A stretch of DNA of 64,000 nt, from NCBI GenBank assembly GCA_958009085.1, contig OY253686.1:372001-436000 (forward strand). Direction: 5' to 3'. This document shows, in pieces, positions 60,816 through 64,000 of the stretch (position 1 is its first letter; the number at the start of each line of letters is the position of its first letter). The notes under the pieces were generated by a model. The model made no database searches, was not told where the DNA came from, and worked only from the letters and a program-made list of their open reading frames with translations. The DNA is from Protoeuglena noctilucae. Its lineage: Eukaryota. The translations under genes and the position numbers were made by a program.

Positions 60816-62407
60816 ATGCCGTGCGCGGTCGCAGTCATGCCGCTTTTCCGGGCGCCAGGGGCCCTGTGCTGCCCGCCGCGCTTGCCAAGTTGCGCAGCCA
60901 CGCCCTGTCCCAGCCGCGCGCTATCTAAGGCTTTCCGCCAGCGCAGCTCTCCTTTTCGTCGTGCGGAAATCGTGTACGCCTGCCGAAGCATAGAATCGGG
61001 CCGCATCGACGCCCCGCTGAGTCGGCGCGCGGCCATCGCATCCGTTCCCGCGCTCTCCGCGCTGGGACTCGTCGTGCCCAAGGAGGCGGTCGCCAGCAAG
61101 TTGGGACCTGTGGGCGATCGTGTGTGGGAGGCGATGGGTGGAGGCCCCGCGGATCTAGTCTTTCCCGACGCATTTGTGGGGGCATGGGAAGTGGTGAGGC
61201 GACCCCAGCGGCTTGCACGCGTGGTGCATGCGAAGCGAAATGCCTGGTCGAAGCATTTGTCAAGTTTCTTCCGCAGGTCAGCACATTGGTGAAGGTGGAC
61301 ACGCCCCAAGGCGAGGCGATGGTGCCGGACATGGGCGTCGTGAAGCGTGCGATTGACTCCGACTTAAACCGCACGGCGCGGTACACCGTCGCCTTCACAC
61401 GGAACAGCAGGTGAACGGACGATCCATGAACGACCTAGGTCGGGTTGCTGACCATGGCGTCCCACACATGGTGTGCTATCGATAGAGCTGTTTCCCTAAC
61501 ACAGGCAGCAAGTCGTGTTGGATCGGAGGAGCAACACGGCGTCGATGCTGGAGGTGTACATGGGTCCCAAGGCCGACAAGATCTACGACCGCATCCAATG
61601 GGACGTCGATGACCCAAACGTGCTGCGGCTCTCGGTCCCGGGGGGCCTGGCCATCAACACCCGGGTCACGCGGAGGTCGCAGCAGCAGAACGGGACCAAC
61701 AGGCGAGTCGAGAAGATGCTTGTTTCGGTTTCTGGAGCAAGTGTGCGTGGTATCTGCCAAGCACGGTGTCTGCTCCGACCAGGCCCTGTCTTGTTGCACC
61801 ACCCAAACAGTTGCATTGGAATCTGCTTCAGCTGCGCCCTGTCAAGCATCCCTCGTGTCAGGGTGTCAGGACACCACACATAACCACACATTCTGGTCAC
61901 TGGTCGCCACACATACGACACGTACCACACAGACCCTAAGCCTCATCCTTCATGCGATTCAGGACGGAGACGAGTGAGTTCGTGGAGCAGGTGTTCGACG
62001 ATCCCGGCTCGGGATCGCCGACCCGCGTCAAGGCGTCTCAGGTGTTCACCAAGTACCTCTGGCGGGAGCAGGCGGACGTGCGGGTCGACGAGGGCGAGGT
62101 GCCACTCATCGTCGCCACGCAGGCGAGCCACGCGTCGCATGTGATGGTCCTTTATACTTTGACTGGATGTCGCGTAATCGCACATGTGACCATCCCAGCT
62201 TGCATATGGATACCAGGAGCCAGCTCTAAGGCAATCGCTGCAGTCATGTTTGGCCGTCACATCGGACCCCTTTGTGTCTTACTTCCGCAGGTGGTCTCGG
62301 ACTATCTGACGGCCTATGATGGGGAGGATAGGATGATGCGCGCTGGGAACAAGCCCGTGGTCCAGTACACGTACCGCATGGCCTTCTTCAAACCCCGGGC
62401 AGTCTAG
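60816..62407 (+). CDS. Conserved plastid/cyanobacterial-type protein (DUF6816-like) with possible twin-Arg thylakoid signal
   Basis: SRRAAIASVPALSALG leader; DLVFPDAFVGAWEV-VSTLVKVDTP, VLDRRSNTASM, WDVDDPNVL, ETSEFVEQVF, IVATQ-VVSDYL, PVVQYTYRM. Family assignment is from memory. Confidence 0.65.
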
Positions 62408-62449
62408 AACTGCAACTACCTTCGTGAGATTTGAAGCTCTGACGCCGCC

Positions 62450-64000
62450 TTAAGCCCTAGCACGCTTGTCGTCACCCGCACCCTCGCCCTCGCCCTCCCG
62501 GCCCCTCTTCAGGCCCCGCTGGACGCCCACAATCACCAAGTCGTCGTCGCTGTCATGCCCCGCCCCGTTCACAACCACCTCCAAGTCGTCGTCATCGCCA
62601 TCGCCAATCAACGCGTTGCACGGCCCCGCCCCCGACGGACCCGCCCTGTCCCCGCCGTGCCCCGCGCGCTCCGCCGGCACGTGTGCCTGCGCATGCAGCA
62701 AGTCACAGATGCAGTCCGTATACTGAGCCACAAGCAAGGTGCTTTGCACCCCACAGTGCATGCCCCACACCCCAAGACCCCACATGCCCCAGCCACCGCA
62801 TGCCCCGGGCACCTCCCCGCTCGGCTCACCTTGGGCGCCTCCCCCGTGAGTTCAAATCCCTCCGGGAACTCCTCGTTATTTAACACTGCGACGTGCTCCA
62901 CGCGCAGCCGAACATCGAAGTCCTGCATATGGTCCTGCAACACCATGACGCTCCCGCCCCGCACCCCGCGCTTGGGGAGGCGGGCGAGGGGCATTGAGAG
63001 GCGGCGCTTGTAGACGTCCAACTCGTCCTGAGGGAGAAATTTGAATTTGAGGATCTTCACAGAAGCGTGGGTCGAGGCGTGAGATGGCGCGCCTGGGTGG
63101 CGACGATAGCCATCGCCCGACAGCCAGCACTTAATAGATATCTATCGCCCCAGATCTATGTAATATATCGCCCTTTGTCCCATTCTCGTCCTCACCTCGT
63201 CCAGGTCCGACCCCTCTTCGTACAGCAGGTCCGTGTCGTCGCAGTCGATGAAGGGCCGCGCCAAGCCGAGGCGACCCTTGGCGACCTTGCTCACCACGTC
63301 CCCCAGCGTGGCCGTCTCTGCATGGTGGGGCAAGCATGTAACGAAGCGATGTGGGACATGCTGCTCTAAGAGAGGGCTCGTAAAGAGACGTGTCGGACAA
63401 AGAGTTGTGAGTAAGAGCAGTCAACCATTACATGCCCCATCGCATGCCCCTGCGCCGCTCACCCGTGTTGACACGCAGTAGCATCTCCGCCTTGCCGCAC
63501 GCGATGCACCCGGGCCTGGGTTTCGGGGGCGGCACCGCCTGCAGGAGCTTGCCTCGGAACCTGGGGCGCTGCTCGCTGGCGGGGCTGAGGCTCGTCCACT
63601 TGCAGTGCTCCGAGACGCCCGCCAGGACCTGCGGGGGATGAGGGAGCGAGAGATATGGCGGAAGATGAGAGAGAGATGATTGGTGGGAGAAGTGAGGGAT
63701 GGTGTATTCAAATGACAGCTACTTCATCTCATCTCATCCAATCGGATCCCATGAAGAGTTGATGCTATCCATGTCGAAAGCCTCACCTTGAGGGCCTCGA
63801 TGGTCATGAGGCCAGCGACGATGGCGTTGGTGGTGGCGATGGCGTGGATGATGTTGCCCGCCATGCCCTTGCACTCAAACAAGCCCTGCTTCGGGATGCC
63901 GTAGCACGACGCCCTGCACAAAAGGGAAAGACAAGCCTCTTGCCACCTGCCTGAGAGAAGGCAGGCAGGTTCGATACTGCGGCAACAGCCGCCACCGCCA
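62450..64000 (-). CDS. SAE2: SUMO-activating enzyme subunit 2 (UBA2/SAE2), 3' portion; gene continues beyond the window
   Basis: [31 protein letters not shown], zinc motif [12 protein letters not shown] with LLYEEG, acidic SIM-like tail (DDDLEVV, DDDLVIV) and terminal KRARA. Confidence 0.92.

Noticed and set aside
45692..64000. Functional cluster of genome-maintenance genes (CW finger, MCMBP, DDI1, C5orf34-like, SAE2)
   Set aside because: They are interspersed with unrelated genes, and no shared regulatory motif was seen; chance adjacency is sufficient.
1..64000. CRISPR arrays, tRNA/rRNA genes, autonomous transposase/RT or viral genes
   Set aside because: None recognised. The T7-like polymerase is an ordinary intron-containing nuclear RpoT, not a phage insertion.

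Overview
A GC-rich, gene-dense eukaryotic nuclear window with many short spliceosomal introns (GTGAG/GTGCG donors, pyrimidine-rich ...CAG acceptors). Plastid- and thylakoid-type targeting signals and a chlorophyllase-like gene point to a green alga; this is an inference, and I cannot name the species. About 20 genes lie in an almost strictly alternating +/- arrangement: dual-specificity phosphatase, phage-type organellar RNA polymerase, multi-PAS protein, membrane-anchored repeat coiled-coil protein, chlorophyllase-like hydrolase, inositol monophosphatase, RPL31, eIF3f, cytosolic carboxypeptidase, SWT1-like PIN nuclease, sterol 3beta-HSD/decarboxylase, PET100-like protein, CW-finger protein, MCM-BP, NMT1/ThiY-like protein, DDI1, C5orf34-like protein, WW protein, DUF6816-like protein and a partial SAE2. 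The most interesting unexplained signals are: (1) an ~830-nt intergenic element at 36.1-36.9 kb folding into three long hairpins inside a closing stem, with G-U pairs favouring a + strand RNA; (2) a second densely structured ~450-nt intergenic element at 13.2-13.65 kb; (3) a candidate bicistronic locus where the PET100-like stop lies 18 nt before the 3beta-HSD ATG; (4) at least nine GC-AG introns; (5) a large insertion in the organellar RNA polymerase. All gene models were spliced by eye, so 5' ends are approximate.
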